Positions 8,985 to 19,274 of a stretch of 64,000 nucleotides of DNA are shown piece by piece (position 1 is the stretch's first letter; each line of letters begins with the position of its first letter). A model generated the notes under the pieces. The model was not told the origin of the DNA. It saw only the letters and a list, made by a program, of their open reading frames with translations, and did no database searches. The position numbers and the translations under genes are program-made. The DNA comes from Bdellovibrionota bacterium (GTDB taxonomy: Bacteria; Bdellovibrionota_C; UBA2361; CALJRW01): contig JBGSMD010000063.1 in assembly GCA_041740355.1 (NCBI GenBank), forward strand, positions 96,001-160,000. Direction: 5' to 3'.

Positions 8985-9593
8985 ATGAGCTTACAAGTTG
9001 AAGTTTTTTATTCCTTTCAGAGTCCTTACTCTTACCTAGCCTTAGAGTCGATCTATAATCTAGAAAAAAAGTATGATATCGACCTTTTGTGGCAACCATT
9101 TTCTGCTAAAGCTAGCGGTCAACAAGCTCCCTCAGGGATGACTGTCTTGCCTGAAAAGTTCTCCTATCTTATTGAAGATACTAAGAGATTTGCTACTAAG
9201 ATGAATTTACCGCTGGAATTTCCAGAAAATTGGCCTAATGAAGAATTCGATCCAGGTCGAGTTTGTCGTGGAGCACTCGTTGCAAACGATCTTGGTGTCC
9301 TAATGGAATATAACTATAAAGTTTTTCAGTGTTGGTGGGGAGAAGGTCGCGATCCAAATACAGACGAATTTACTTCTGAACTATGTGAAGACTTAGACAT
9401 TGAACTAGGTGATTACATCAGTAAGTCTTCTGCTAGTGAAATCCGTCAAAGACTGAAAGCTATTTACCACCGTGGACGTAAAATGGGTGTATTTGACACT
9501 CCAACTATTGTTATCAACCAAGAAAGATTCTACGGAATCGACAAAGTTCCATATGTTGATGAATATCTTAAATCTCTTAACTTAGGGATTTAA
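8985..9593 (+). CDS. DsbA-family / 2-hydroxychromene-2-carboxylate isomerase-like protein
   Basis: FYSFQSPYSYLA and GVFDTPTIVINQERFYGIDK. ATG at 8985 preferred over TTG at 8973. Confidence 0.85.
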   Translation: MSLQVEVFYSFQSPYSYLALESIYNLEKKYDIDLLWQPFSAKASGQQAPSGMTVLPEKFSYLIEDTKRFATKMNLPLEFPENWPNEEFDPGRVCRGALVANDLGVLMEYNYKVFQCWWGEGRDPNTDEFTSELCEDLDIELGDYISKSSASEIRQRLKAIYHRGRKMGVFDTPTIVINQERFYGIDKVPYVDEYLKSLNLGI

Positions 9594-9599
9594 TCGCAC

Positions 9600-10319
9600 G
9601 TGCCCTCCCGAATCTTTGTTAACTCACTTAATAGTTGGCAAAGCGGTGAGGGCATTTTATTATCTAAAGATCAGACACATTACCTTACTAGGGTTCTTCG
9701 CCTTAAGGAATCAGATCAAATTGAAGTGGTTAATAAATCCACTGCCCAAGTATTTTTAGCTGAGCTTCTTCCGGCGGAAAGCACAGCGATCCTTACCTCT
9801 GAAATTTCAAACTCCAAATTTAACACTAAATTAAATCTAATTTTTGCTTACTGCAAAAGTGATAAGAATGAATTAATAATAGAGAAAGGCACGGAACTAG
9901 GAGTTGATAATTTTATTATCTATCAAGCAAAACACTCCATCGCCAAGCTAAGTCCCAATAAGTCAGAACGTTTAGAAAAAATTGCCGAAGCTGCTTCTTG
10001 CCAGAGCAAAAGAAACACCCTACCCAAGATACACTTAGCGGAGAGTCAAACGAAATTACACACAAGCTTACAGGCTTTAACGATTGGAAGATCGCTCTCA
10101 CTAATCGCCTCGTTGGAAGTAAAGCAATTACCCATACCAAACAATATAAGCGACTACTTAACAATTAATTTTGCAGTTGGACCAGAAGGTGATTTCACCA
10201 CAGAGGAGTACAAACTTTTTAAAGATTTTGGATTTCTGCCGATTAGCTTAGGTAGAAATATTCTAAGATCAGAGACAGCCGCAATTGCTGGGATCTCCTA
10301 CATAAATATTCTCAGATAA
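9600..10319 (+). CDS. rsmE: 16S rRNA m3U1498 methyltransferase
   Basis: HYLTRVLRL, KGTELGV, VGPEGDF and LGRNILRSETAA. Confidence 0.95.
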   Translation: MPSRIFVNSLNSWQSGEGILLSKDQTHYLTRVLRLKESDQIEVVNKSTAQVFLAELLPAESTAILTSEISNSKFNTKLNLIFAYCKSDKNELIIEKGTELGVDNFIIYQAKHSIAKLSPNKSERLEKIAEAASCQSKRNTLPKIHLAESQTKLHTSLQALTIGRSLSLIASLEVKQLPIPNNISDYLTINFAVGPEGDFTTEEYKLFKDFGFLPISLGRNILRSETAAIAGISYINILR

Positions 10320-10321
10320 GA

Positions 10322-10804
10322 TTAAGTTATATTTTGGTAATCTAAAACCTTAAAAAGCTCCTTCATTTTTTGATATCGATAATCAAAAATGTTCTTAAGC
10401 TGATTCTTTACCAACAACTCTCTCGCTATTTGACCAAAGATGCCACAAGGCATTCCATAATGAACTAAATCTTCTACCACCAAGCCTTGATCTGTTTTTC
10501 TAAATGAATGTTGATGGTGCCAAAACTTATAAGGTCCAAAGCGCTGCTCATCTATAAAATACTCCCGATCTTTAACCTGGGTAATTTCCGTCACCCATTG
10601 CATTGGGATTCCAAGTAAAGGATAGACTCGATACTCTATTATCTTGCCAGGATATATTCTTCCATCTTCTGCGCCAGATATAAATTTAAAGTTTAAAAAC
10701 TCAGGTGTAATAATCTTCAGATTCATCGGATTACTAAAGAAGTCCCAAATAGTTTCCAGATCTTCATTTAGGATAAATCTTTCTTTGATCTGATAAATTT
10801 TCAT
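10322..10804 (-). CDS. SRPBCC/START-like family protein
   Basis: WDFFSNPMNLKIITP and FIDEQRFGPYKFWHHQH. Confidence 0.85.
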   Translation of the reverse strand: MKIYQIKERFILNEDLETIWDFFSNPMNLKIITPEFLNFKFISGAEDGRIYPGKIIEYRVYPLLGIPMQWVTEITQVKDREYFIDEQRFGPYKFWHHQHSFRKTDQGLVVEDLVHYGMPCGIFGQIARELLVKNQLKNIFDYRYQKMKELFKVLDYQNIT

Positions 10805-11003
10805 AAAATATTGCTTTGATTATAATACTAGCCACTTTACTGATGAATCTTTTCAAATAAAGATTACTTACTAAATTAAGTATCTATGACGTAAGAACTA
10901 GATTAAATTGCACAACTTTTCTTAGATTAGGATATTCAAATTCAATCGCTGTCCAAGTAAATTTGCAAACTGCCAAAAAGTGTATCGCTGCGGATGAGTT
11001 TTA

Positions 11004-11145
11004 TAGTTATGACAAAAACTAATTTCCGAATATTTAAAAATTAGTTTTGTGATTTTTGTCATAACCGTATGATTTTATAACGCTTGCGGGGGATAGTAAG
11101 CCCCAGAAAGTAATTCCTATTGGAAATTCCTTTCTGGACTTACTA
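11004..11145 (+). repeat. Dispersed three-hairpin repeat, copy B
   Basis: Begins TAGTTATGACAAAAACTAATTTCC and contains GGGGGATAGTAAGCCCC, as in copy A. Confidence 0.85.
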
Positions 11146-11408
11146 TAGTATATTTATTTTGCTCAGATTCTAAGTTTATTTTATAAGGTCTAGAGACTTA
11201 TGCGAACCCCTTGGGTCACATCAAGCACTTTATGCTTGAGATACGAGGCAACCAGATCTTATTAAGGAAAGTTTCAATGTCGCCTAGTATATTCTTGGAT
11301 TTAGACTAAAGCTGGACTATTTGAGCTTAAAAATTAATGTTTGTTAAATATAATGTCGAACAATTATTAGCTTTCAAATTTAACTTAAACGACTTAATAA
11401 ATACAAAA

Positions 11409-11962
11409 ATGAAACTCCAAAACTCTAAAGCTCTAAAGCTCAACATAGATTTACCTTAGTTGAGCTTTTAGTAGTTACTGCAATTATTGGTATCCTAGCC
11501 TCAGTCAGTGTGGCCAACTATGATGAATATAAAGCTAAGGTAAATGATACTCGGGCTGAGTTAACTGGTAGAAATTTAATTACGGCGGGAGAAGTCCACT
11601 TGAATGATTTAAGAGATCTACAATCGACGAATTCCCTGACATCGTCAGTTGCCTATAGCCCAATGGAGGGTAATGAATATTTAACATCAGGAGGACATTC
11701 TCTAGACATCAGATCCCTAATCTCACCAGCCCTACTTCAAGGAAACGATCTATTCTTTAATATGATGGTCGAAATGCGCAGCGCATCTCATGCCGCTAGC
11801 AGTGCAGGATTAAGAGAAAGTATTCTAATTAATATTCTAGCTTGTGGAGGAAATAATCTTTTCCATATGAATCATACGAACTTATATAATCACAATACAA
11901 TTCACCTAGATAGCTCCCCAGGAAGTACAGTTCCGGCATTAAGATCTATGTTCTGCGGTTAG
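11409..11962 (+). pseudogene. Type IV pilin-like gene with frameshifted leader
   Basis: FTLVELLVVTAIIGILASVSVANYDEYK begins at 11450, in frame with ORF 11510-11962. ATG 11409 is out of frame because of a tandem CTCTAAAG duplication (11423-11438). The -1 residue is Arg (AGA), not Gly. Confidence 0.75.
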
Positions 11963-12071
11963 TTTCTAAATAGCTTGTATTGTTAAGTTATTTTAAAGAT
12001 CGATAATTTTACCTCTCTAACGACTTGTAAATAGGTATTAAATTTGCTAATTATCCCAGTCTACAAAGTTT

Positions 12072-12144
12072 GCCCAGATAGCTCAGTTGGTAGAGCAAAG
12101 GACTGAAAATCCTTGTGTCGACGGTTCGATCCCGCCTCTGGGCA
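12072..12144 (+). tRNA. tRNA-Phe (GAA)
   Basis: Cloverleaf GCCCAGA/TCTGGGC, anticodon arm AAGGA-CTGAAAA-TCCTT, GGTTCGATCCC. CCA not encoded. Confidence 0.97.
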
Positions 12145-12590
12145 CTTTTTCACAATTTTATTGTGAAAAAGTGCATAGCTATTTTCGTAGAAAATAGCTG
12201 GGCCATACATCTAAAGGATGTTGCATAATAATTTTGAGTCATAGATACAGTCTTTTTCTTAACCTAATTCTCAAAATTATTGGGCTACTTTCGCCTAGCG
12301 AAATAAAGTGCATAGTAATTTTCTGAAAGAAAATTACTGGGCAATTACCAGAATGGTGTTGCATAGCTATTTTCGAAGAAAATTACTGGGCAATTACCAG
12401 AATGGTGTTGCATAGCTATTTTCGAAGAAAATAGCTGGGCATTATCCGAAGGATAATGTTTAGTAGTTCTTCCTAAAACTACTAAACCCGAGCACCGCGA
12501 GGGTTAATAATTCTGATCTCAGAATTATTAAGCAATCATCCGCAGGATGATGCTAAGTAGTTTAAGGAAAAGCTACTTGGCACCGAGTTC
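12142..12590 (+). repeat. tRNA-linked array of hairpins
   Basis: Five units of TGCA-[palindrome]-TGGGC alternate with other short palindromes. Includes a ~49-bp tandem duplication (about 12327-12424) and further hairpins to about 12590. Confidence 0.85.
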
Positions 12591-12724
12591 TTTAAAATTC
12601 AAAAGAAAACACTGAACCCTAAGCAAACATAATCTAACCCCACTTGCTCAAAACCTACTAATAATAACGACTAGGTACTACCTCACCCCTTTTTCCTCCC
12701 CCACTCTTGCGCTATGCTACCCCC

Positions 12725-13735
12725 ATGTCCTCTAAAGAAATAATTGAAAAAATTAAAGTGCTGGCAACTCAACCAACACCCCCTCGACAAATCGCAATAA
12801 TTGCTAGCGATCGCATACTCCGAGAACGCACATTAAATAGCTTTGCGGAAGAACTAAAACTCCAAGCAGAGGGTAAATGGAAATATGATATTAAGCGAAT
12901 TAAATTATCTCAAGCCAAAGACCAGGATTTAAAAACTTTTATCTTTGAATCTAATGCCCAATCTTTTTTTTCTAAGAAACAAATTTTCTTAATTGAAGAA
13001 CTAGAAAAAGTTAGCGGTCCACAAACAGATATTTTGCTAAGCTTATTTAAGCAAAGACAAACTGAAAATTATTACTTTTTTCTGGGCACCGGGTTACTCA
13101 GTACTAGTCGTTTAATGAAGCAATTTAAAGAGCAGAACTCTGTAATCACACTGCCCAATTTGAAACTGCCGGAATTTAAAAATTGGATCAAAGGAGAGTT
13201 TAATTCTAAAAATCTTTTGCCTGAGCCTAGAGTGATTGATCATCTAGCTCAAAGCTGTGAGCTTTTAACTGACATCGCCCTAGCTAAGATTGAGCAACTA
13301 GAATTATTTGCAGATACTCAGAAAATCACACTTAGTATGGCAGAAGATCTTTTTCCAAGTGAGCTAGCTTTAAAGAAGTTTGCTTGGTTAGATGCCATCT
13401 CCTCTGGCAACAAGCTATTAGCTCAAAAGCTTGTTAGTCAAGCACTGTCTGAAGGTAAAGAAGCACTAGGGCTGACTGCACTTATTCAAGGTAATTACTT
13501 AAATTATTATTTAATTATCTCCCTTCGAAATCAGGGTTACTCTCAACAACAAATTAAAGCTTCCTTGAAAATAGAACCCTGGCTTTTCGATTTACAATAT
13601 TCCACAGCTTCCCAAAAAGACTTAAAAAGATTAATTAAAGACTTAAAAGTACTCGTACTCGCTGATAGTAAATTAAAAAATAAGTCTCTAGGTAGCGAAG
13701 CTGTTTTGCACGAACTAATTAATTCTTTATCTTAA
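12725..13735 (+). CDS. holA: DNA polymerase III subunit delta
   Basis: Size and AQSFFSKKQIFLIEELEK, EQLELFA and C-terminal ADSKLK..L pattern fit HolA. ATG at 12725 preferred. Confidence 0.75.
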   Translation: MSSKEIIEKIKVLATQPTPPRQIAIIASDRILRERTLNSFAEELKLQAEGKWKYDIKRIKLSQAKDQDLKTFIFESNAQSFFSKKQIFLIEELEKVSGPQTDILLSLFKQRQTENYYFFLGTGLLSTSRLMKQFKEQNSVITLPNLKLPEFKNWIKGEFNSKNLLPEPRVIDHLAQSCELLTDIALAKIEQLELFADTQKITLSMAEDLFPSELALKKFAWLDAISSGNKLLAQKLVSQALSEGKEALGLTALIQGNYLNYYLIISLRNQGYSQQQIKASLKIEPWLFDLQYSTASQKDLKRLIKDLKVLVLADSKLKNKSLGSEAVLHELINSLS

Positions 13736-13745
13736 ACATCGACTA

Positions 13746-14666
13746 ATGATCAATTTTGGAAAACTCCTGCTGTTTGCATTTATCCTAATTACTCAACAAG
13801 CTTGTGCTCAATATTCCAAACAAGAGATACAACAAGCTAAGGTAACAACTCTAAGTTACGAACAAAAACTCAAAACTCTTCCTACCCTCCCTAAAGGTTA
13901 TAACTTTAAAGGGTGGAATTATGTTGCCGCTCGGTTAATTCAAGATGGCGTACCAGAAAGAGAAGTTATTAAATTCTATACTCACCCGAAGCTTCCTAGA
14001 TTTGAACCAGTAACTTTTAGTTTGAAACCGAAGGAAGGTGCGGGGATGTATCAGGGGTTTCTTAGTAAAAAGAACTTTGCCTTAGGAAGACAATTTATTA
14101 ACGAGAACAAAAGAATCTTTGACCGAGTAACTAGCAAGTATCAAGTTCCCGCCGAAGTAATCGCTGCAATACTCCTCGTAGAATCGTATTATGGCAAAAA
14201 CACTGGAAAGGAAGTGATTGCTTACCGCCTGTCACGTTTAGCTAACATTAGTGATCCAATAAATTTAAAGCAAAATTTAGTCCGATTAAAGAAGGATGAC
14301 CGCCGGGTTACTTGGGAACAAGTAGTTAACCGTGCTCAGTACTTAGAAAATACCTTTTTACCAGAAATTATTGCGGCTTTTGATATTTGTAAGGTCAATA
14401 ATATCGACCCTTTTGATTTTCTAGGATCCTCAGCAGGAGCCTTTGGTTGGGCACAGTTCTTACCTAGTTCCTATCTAAAATATGCAGTTGATTTTGATGG
14501 TGACGGCAAGCGTTCCCTTTACAACAAAGCTGATGCAATTGCCTCGGTCGCTAATTATTTTCAGGCTCATGGCTGGGGTAAATTACCTGATCATGATGTT
14601 ATCTGGAAATATAATAAGAGCGAACCTTATATTAAAACAGTATTAGGGCTAGCTAAAGGATTTTAG
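13746..14666 (+). CDS. mltB: Lytic murein transglycosylase B (SLT_2)
   Basis: IAAILLVESYYG, GSSAGAFGWAQFLPSSY, AVDFDGDG and DAIASVANY..HGW. Confidence 0.92.
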   Translation: MINFGKLLLFAFILITQQACAQYSKQEIQQAKVTTLSYEQKLKTLPTLPKGYNFKGWNYVAARLIQDGVPEREVIKFYTHPKLPRFEPVTFSLKPKEGAGMYQGFLSKKNFALGRQFINENKRIFDRVTSKYQVPAEVIAAILLVESYYGKNTGKEVIAYRLSRLANISDPINLKQNLVRLKKDDRRVTWEQVVNRAQYLENTFLPEIIAAFDICKVNNIDPFDFLGSSAGAFGWAQFLPSSYLKYAVDFDGDGKRSLYNKADAIASVANYFQAHGWGKLPDHDVIWKYNKSEPYIKTVLGLAKGF

Positions 14667-14853
14667 ATAAACTTTCAGCCTTTTGCGGGTCTCGAAAGAA
14701 AAAATTGTTAAAATACTCGCGGTAAGACTTGTACACCTGCGTTTTTACCCTTTTTTTCTTTCGACTGCCACTCAAACTCTAAACGGATATTTTATTGATT
14801 TCTTGTGCAAAAAGATACTGTAAACATGTTATTTTTCTTGCTATACTTTTTTT

Positions 14854-15231
14854 ATGTCTACTAAAATTGTCAAAAATGTTCTCGTTGTCGAAGATGATGC
14901 TGATGCACGCCATCTATTAACTATGATGTTACAAACTCTTGGTTATAATCCTATTGGGTTTGACTCTGGTCAATCTTGCTTAGCGAAAGCTGCTGAACTT
15001 AATGTGTCAATTATTCTTCTGGATGTGATGATGCCGGGAATGAATGGCTATCAACTTTTAGAGCAACTTAAAAAATTAAGACATTTAGCTAAGGTTCCAG
15101 TAGTAATGGTCACAGCTAAAGACCAAGATGATGATATCATGGCCGGCTATCAACATGGCGCGGACTATTACATTACAAAGCCCTATACCATGAACCAGAT
15201 TCAATACGCCTTGGAATTATATGCTGGTTAA
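14854..15231 (+). CDS. Single-domain response regulator (receiver)
   Basis: VLVVEDD, LLDVMMPGMNG, MVTAK and YITKPY. Confidence 0.92.
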   Translation: MSTKIVKNVLVVEDDADARHLLTMMLQTLGYNPIGFDSGQSCLAKAAELNVSIILLDVMMPGMNGYQLLEQLKKLRHLAKVPVVMVTAKDQDDDIMAGYQHGADYYITKPYTMNQIQYALELYAG

Positions 15232-15895
15232 ACCTTCCCAAATTAAATCTTTAAAGAAACCAAATGGTTTTATTGTTATAGAAGGTGTTAATGGTGCAGG
15301 AAAGAGTTCACTTCTAAAAAAAATTTCGAAGTATCTGAAATCCAAAAAAAAACAATTCCTGCTTACGAGAGAACCAGGAAGCGGAGCATTAGGAAAGGAC
15401 CTGCGAGAATTAGTTTTAAACAATACCGAGAAACTTCCTCCCTTAGCTGAATTATTTTTATTTGCCGCTGATCGTAATTATCATGTTAACAAAATTATCC
15501 TACCGGCTTTAAAGAAGAAAAAATTAGTTATTTCTGATCGCTACTATTATTCCACGACAGCCTTCCAGGGTTATGGTCGAAAAATTGATCTAAAGAGTAT
15601 TAATGTAATCAATCAACTAGCGATTGAAGATCTTCAACCAGATCTAGTTTTATTACTGGATCTTGATCCACTAATCGGACTTCAAAGAAATCGCAAAAGT
15701 GACAAAGAGCGAGATAGTTTTGAAGAAGAAGAGCTCAGCTTTCATCAGAAAATTCGTCAGGGATTCTTAAAGCAAGCAAAGTCCTTGCCAGAAAAGTTTG
15801 TACTGATCGATGCTTCGCAAAGTGCCGATCAAGTCTGGAAAAATACCAAAAAGATTTTGGACTTATACTTACATCAACTAAAGACAATTAAATGA
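15221..15895 (+). CDS. tmk: Thymidylate kinase
   Basis: FIVIEGVNGAGKSS, TREPG and ISDRYYYSTTAFQG. Confidence 0.96.
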   Translation: MLVKPSQIKSLKKPNGFIVIEGVNGAGKSSLLKKISKYLKSKKKQFLLTREPGSGALGKDLRELVLNNTEKLPPLAELFLFAADRNYHVNKIILPALKKKKLVISDRYYYSTTAFQGYGRKIDLKSINVINQLAIEDLQPDLVLLLDLDPLIGLQRNRKSDKERDSFEEEELSFHQKIRQGFLKQAKSLPEKFVLIDASQSADQVWKNTKKILDLYLHQLKTIK

Positions 15896-16842
15896 TTATT
15901 GGTCATCAGGCGATCCGAAAAATTTTAAATAAATTATATACGGAAGCAAAATTACCTCATGCTATAATGCTTGCTGGTAGTGCTGGAATCGGCAAAAAAT
16001 TAGTTGCGGAGGAAATTGCACAGTCTTTAGTTTGTATTAATAATGTTTATGGTGGCTGTGGATCTTGTACTAACTGCTTACCATTCCTAGCTAGGAACTA
16101 CCCTGATATTCACCGACTAGATTGTCAGGATAAAGAACAAGTTAGCGCTGAAGCAATTAGACAGATTATTAACTTACTCTCACTAAAAGCTTTTGGCGGA
16201 CAAGCGCGTATCCTGATTTTTGAAAATGCCGAGTCACTTTCTGTTACCAGCTGTAATATTTTATTAAAGTCACTTGAGGAACCAAGACCGAATACTTATT
16301 ACATTCTAATATCAGCGAACCCTTCTTTTATTCCAATTACAATTCGCTCCAGATGTCAGACTTACTACTTGCCTGATCTAACAGACTTAGAATTAGAACA
16401 AATCATTGCCGGTAGCGATTTAAATAATCAACTCCCCGATAATCTTACTTGGGAATCAATTTTACAGTATTCCTCTGGTAGCTTAGTAAGTATTCATAAA
16501 ATCATTGAAAAACCTGAGCTCTGGGCCAAAACTAAGTCTTTCTTAAGTGATTTTTTCACTGGCAAAGTCTACTCTTTAGTCGAAACAATCATGCCTTTTA
16601 AAAAAGATAGAGAAGGCTTGATTGATTTTCTTTTTTTTGCAGAAATTATTACTAGACGACAGATGTTGCTTCAAAAGAGTCCTGAAAAACAGCAGATGTT
16701 TGCTCTGTTGCTTAATAATCTCCTCCTTTCTAAATACTACATTACACAAAGAAATATTCATGCCATTAGCCTCTTAAGTGCAATATTCGCCGATACCAAC
16801 TTCAATTTGGAGCAGGAAGATATTGAAAATTATCTGACCTGA
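15892..16842 (+). CDS. holB: DNA polymerase III subunit delta'
   Basis: LPHAIMLAGSAGIGK, CGSCTNC zinc motif, NILLKSLEEP and TIRSRCQ. Follows tmk. Confidence 0.93.
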   Translation: MIIGHQAIRKILNKLYTEAKLPHAIMLAGSAGIGKKLVAEEIAQSLVCINNVYGGCGSCTNCLPFLARNYPDIHRLDCQDKEQVSAEAIRQIINLLSLKAFGGQARILIFENAESLSVTSCNILLKSLEEPRPNTYYILISANPSFIPITIRSRCQTYYLPDLTDLELEQIIAGSDLNNQLPDNLTWESILQYSSGSLVSIHKIIEKPELWAKTKSFLSDFFTGKVYSLVETIMPFKKDREGLIDFLFFAEIITRRQMLLQKSPEKQQMFALLLNNLLLSKYYITQRNIHAISLLSAIFADTNFNLEQEDIENYLT

Positions 16843-16905
16843 AAAGCTTAACTGCTTAGTCCGATACTAATGACAAGAAATAGTTTCTAAGATAAACTCC
16901 CCTCC

Positions 16906-17283
16906 ATGGAAATAGAAAACACTCCCGAAATAACAGCCGAACCAGTTAAAGCTAATTTAATTTCAATTGATGACTTTGCAAAAATCGAATTGCGAGTTGC
17001 TGAAATTTTATCAGCCGAACCACTCCCAAAATCTAATAAGCTGATGAAGCTTCAAGTTACTCTGGGCGAAGCGCTGGGCCAAAGACAAGTACTAGCGGGA
17101 ATTGCTAAGCACTACACTCCGGAAGATTTAGTAGGTCGTAAAATAATTATCATAGCGAATCTACAGCCAGCAAAGTTAATGGGCGAAGAGTCTCAAGGTA
17201 TGCTTTTAGCGGCGGATGGCATTGATGATATTATTTTACTTGCACCATCAAAGGATGCTCCAGTTGGTGCCAGAGTTAGATAG
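16906..17283 (+). CDS. Stand-alone tRNA-binding OB-fold (MetRS C-terminal/beta domain, Trbp111-like)
   Basis: ISIDDFAKIELRVAEI, RQVLAGIA and ANLQPAKLMGEESQGMLLAA. Confidence 0.92.
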   Translation: MEIENTPEITAEPVKANLISIDDFAKIELRVAEILSAEPLPKSNKLMKLQVTLGEALGQRQVLAGIAKHYTPEDLVGRKIIIIANLQPAKLMGEESQGMLLAADGIDDIILLAPSKDAPVGARVR

Positions 17284-17285
17284 TC

Positions 17286-18065
17286 ATGATTATTGATTCC
17301 CACATTCATCTGATAAGCCAAGAATATCGGGAACAACTTCCTGAGTATTTGTCGGAAGCCGAAGATCTTGGCGTTAAAGCATTTATTAATATTGGTGCCG
17401 GGACAGGTTTAGACTCGGCGGAAGAATCAGTGAAACTTGCTGAGAAATATTCTAATGTTTTTGCAGTCGTGGGAATTCATCCACTAGAAGTTAGTAATAA
17501 AATTGAGCTGGAAACAATTAAAGATCAAGTCCAACATCCAAAAGTTGTTGCTATTGGCGAAACAGGACTCGATTACTATTATCAGAAAGATAATGCCAAA
17601 GACCAAATTAAAGTTTTTCGTCAGCAAATTGAATTGGCGCATGAATATAAAAAACCACTAGTGATTCATTCTCGAGATGCCGCCGATGTTTGTTTACAGA
17701 TTTTAATTGAAATGGAAGCTAAGCTAGTTGGTGGGGTCTTTCACTGCTTTAGTGAAGATGCCGCCTTTGCTGAAAAACTGGCCGATATTAATTTTATGGT
17801 ATCCTTCCCAGGAGTAATTACCTTTAAAAATGCTGATAAAACAAGAACTGCCGTAAAAGAAATTCCAATTAAGCAAATAATGCTAGAAACAGATGGTCCG
17901 TATTTAGCCCCTGAACCTTATCGCGGGAAACTTTGCAAGCCTTCATATATTGCTGAGACTGCTAAAAGATTCGCCGAATTAAGAAATTTATCTACTCCGG
18001 AGTCTAATAAAATAATTTATAATAATACTATTAACTTTTTTCGCCTGCCATTAAAAACAATTTAA
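17286..18065 (+). CDS. tatD: TatD family DNase
   Basis: IDSHIHL, GIHP, AIGETGLDY, IHSRDA, VFHCFS and LETDGPYLAP. Confidence 0.95.
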   Translation: MIIDSHIHLISQEYREQLPEYLSEAEDLGVKAFINIGAGTGLDSAEESVKLAEKYSNVFAVVGIHPLEVSNKIELETIKDQVQHPKVVAIGETGLDYYYQKDNAKDQIKVFRQQIELAHEYKKPLVIHSRDAADVCLQILIEMEAKLVGGVFHCFSEDAAFAEKLADINFMVSFPGVITFKNADKTRTAVKEIPIKQIMLETDGPYLAPEPYRGKLCKPSYIAETAKRFAELRNLSTPESNKIIYNNTINFFRLPLKTI

Positions 18066-18069
18066 TTCC

Positions 18070-18864
18070 ATGAAAGTCAGCTTACACAACTTTGGAAATT
18101 TTAAACTAGATGGTGGCACCATGTTTGGTCCGGTCCCCAAACCTGTCTGGTCAAAACTTTGTCCAGCGGATCAACAAAATCGTATATTAATGGCCTCCAA
18201 TACTTTATTAATTGAAACAAACGATCGTCGAATAATTCTTGATCTAGGAATGGGCAGTAACTTCACTGATAAGATTAAAGAGCGCTACGCAGTTACCGAT
18301 CGATTGGAAATTTCAAATCCTGAAACAATTACAGATATAATCTTTACTCATTTACACTTTGATCACACTGGTGGATTGTTTGTAATGGATAATAACCAAA
18401 CAAAAGCTATTTACCCCAATGCTCGCTACCATCTTCAAAAGCAACAATGGGAAGAAGCACAAAAACCAAGTCTAAAAGAAAGTAATGCTTACAATGCTGA
18501 GGATCTTAATTTCCTTAGTAAGCAAAAGTTGAACCTCATCCAGGGAGAAAGGGAAATCATTCCGGGGATCACAAGTGTGATCTCTAATGGTCATACGCGA
18601 GGATTACAATGGTTAAAAATTAGAACAAATCGTTTAACAATCGCTTTTGTCAGTGATCTAATTCCGACCTCACATCACTTAAACTTAGCCTATCACATGT
18701 CCTATGAAATTAATGCTGAAGTACTTTTACAAGAAAAGCAAAGGTTTCTAACGGAAGCAATTAGAGAAAAATATTTAGTAGTCTTTCAACACGATCCAAG
18801 TTTTGTGGTTGGTCAAATCATCCAAAATGCTGGTGAATATCAATTAATGAAAGGCACCTTATAA
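18070..18864 (+). CDS. MBL-fold metallo-hydrolase (YtnP-like)
   Basis: LDGGTMFGPVPK, THLHFDHTGG, GHTRG and FQHDP. Confidence 0.9.
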   Translation: MKVSLHNFGNFKLDGGTMFGPVPKPVWSKLCPADQQNRILMASNTLLIETNDRRIILDLGMGSNFTDKIKERYAVTDRLEISNPETITDIIFTHLHFDHTGGLFVMDNNQTKAIYPNARYHLQKQQWEEAQKPSLKESNAYNAEDLNFLSKQKLNLIQGEREIIPGITSVISNGHTRGLQWLKIRTNRLTIAFVSDLIPTSHHLNLAYHMSYEINAEVLLQEKQRFLTEAIREKYLVVFQHDPSFVVGQIIQNAGEYQLMKGTL

Positions 18865-18874
18865 AAATTAAAAA

Positions 18875-19192
18875 ATGAAAGAAATAACACCTAAAGATTT
18901 AAAGACAATGCAGGCTGCGGATGAAGATTTTATCTTAATTGATGTCCGCGAAGAATCAGAAAAAGCTGTTGCGGATATTGGTGGCATACTAATACCACTT
19001 AGTACCTTACCAATGAATCTACCCGAAGCTGATAAGAATCAGAAGATTATTGTCTACTGTAAGAGTGGTGGAAGAAGTGGAAAAGCTACGGAATATTTAG
19101 AGCAAGTAGCAGGATTTACTAATGTCCACAACCTAAAAGGTGGGATCCTTGCCTGGTCCGATCAGGTTGATCCAAGTGTTAAAAAGTACTAA
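18875..19192 (+). CDS. Rhodanese-like protein
   Basis: LIDVRE, YCKSGGRS and NLKGGILAW. Confidence 0.92.
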   Translation: MKEITPKDLKTMQAADEDFILIDVREESEKAVADIGGILIPLSTLPMNLPEADKNQKIIVYCKSGGRSGKATEYLEQVAGFTNVHNLKGGILAWSDQVDPSVKKY

Positions 19193-19274
19193 TGTGGTAT
19201 TCTCCTCTTTTGTGACGCACTGCATTACTGTAGTAAATTGTCTTTGAGACAGGCGTCTCAAAAGGGAAGAATCT

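Noticed and set aside
12142-12590. CRISPR array
   Set aside because: The would-be spacers are short palindromes, two are identical, the repeats vary in sequence and length, and no cas genes are in the window.
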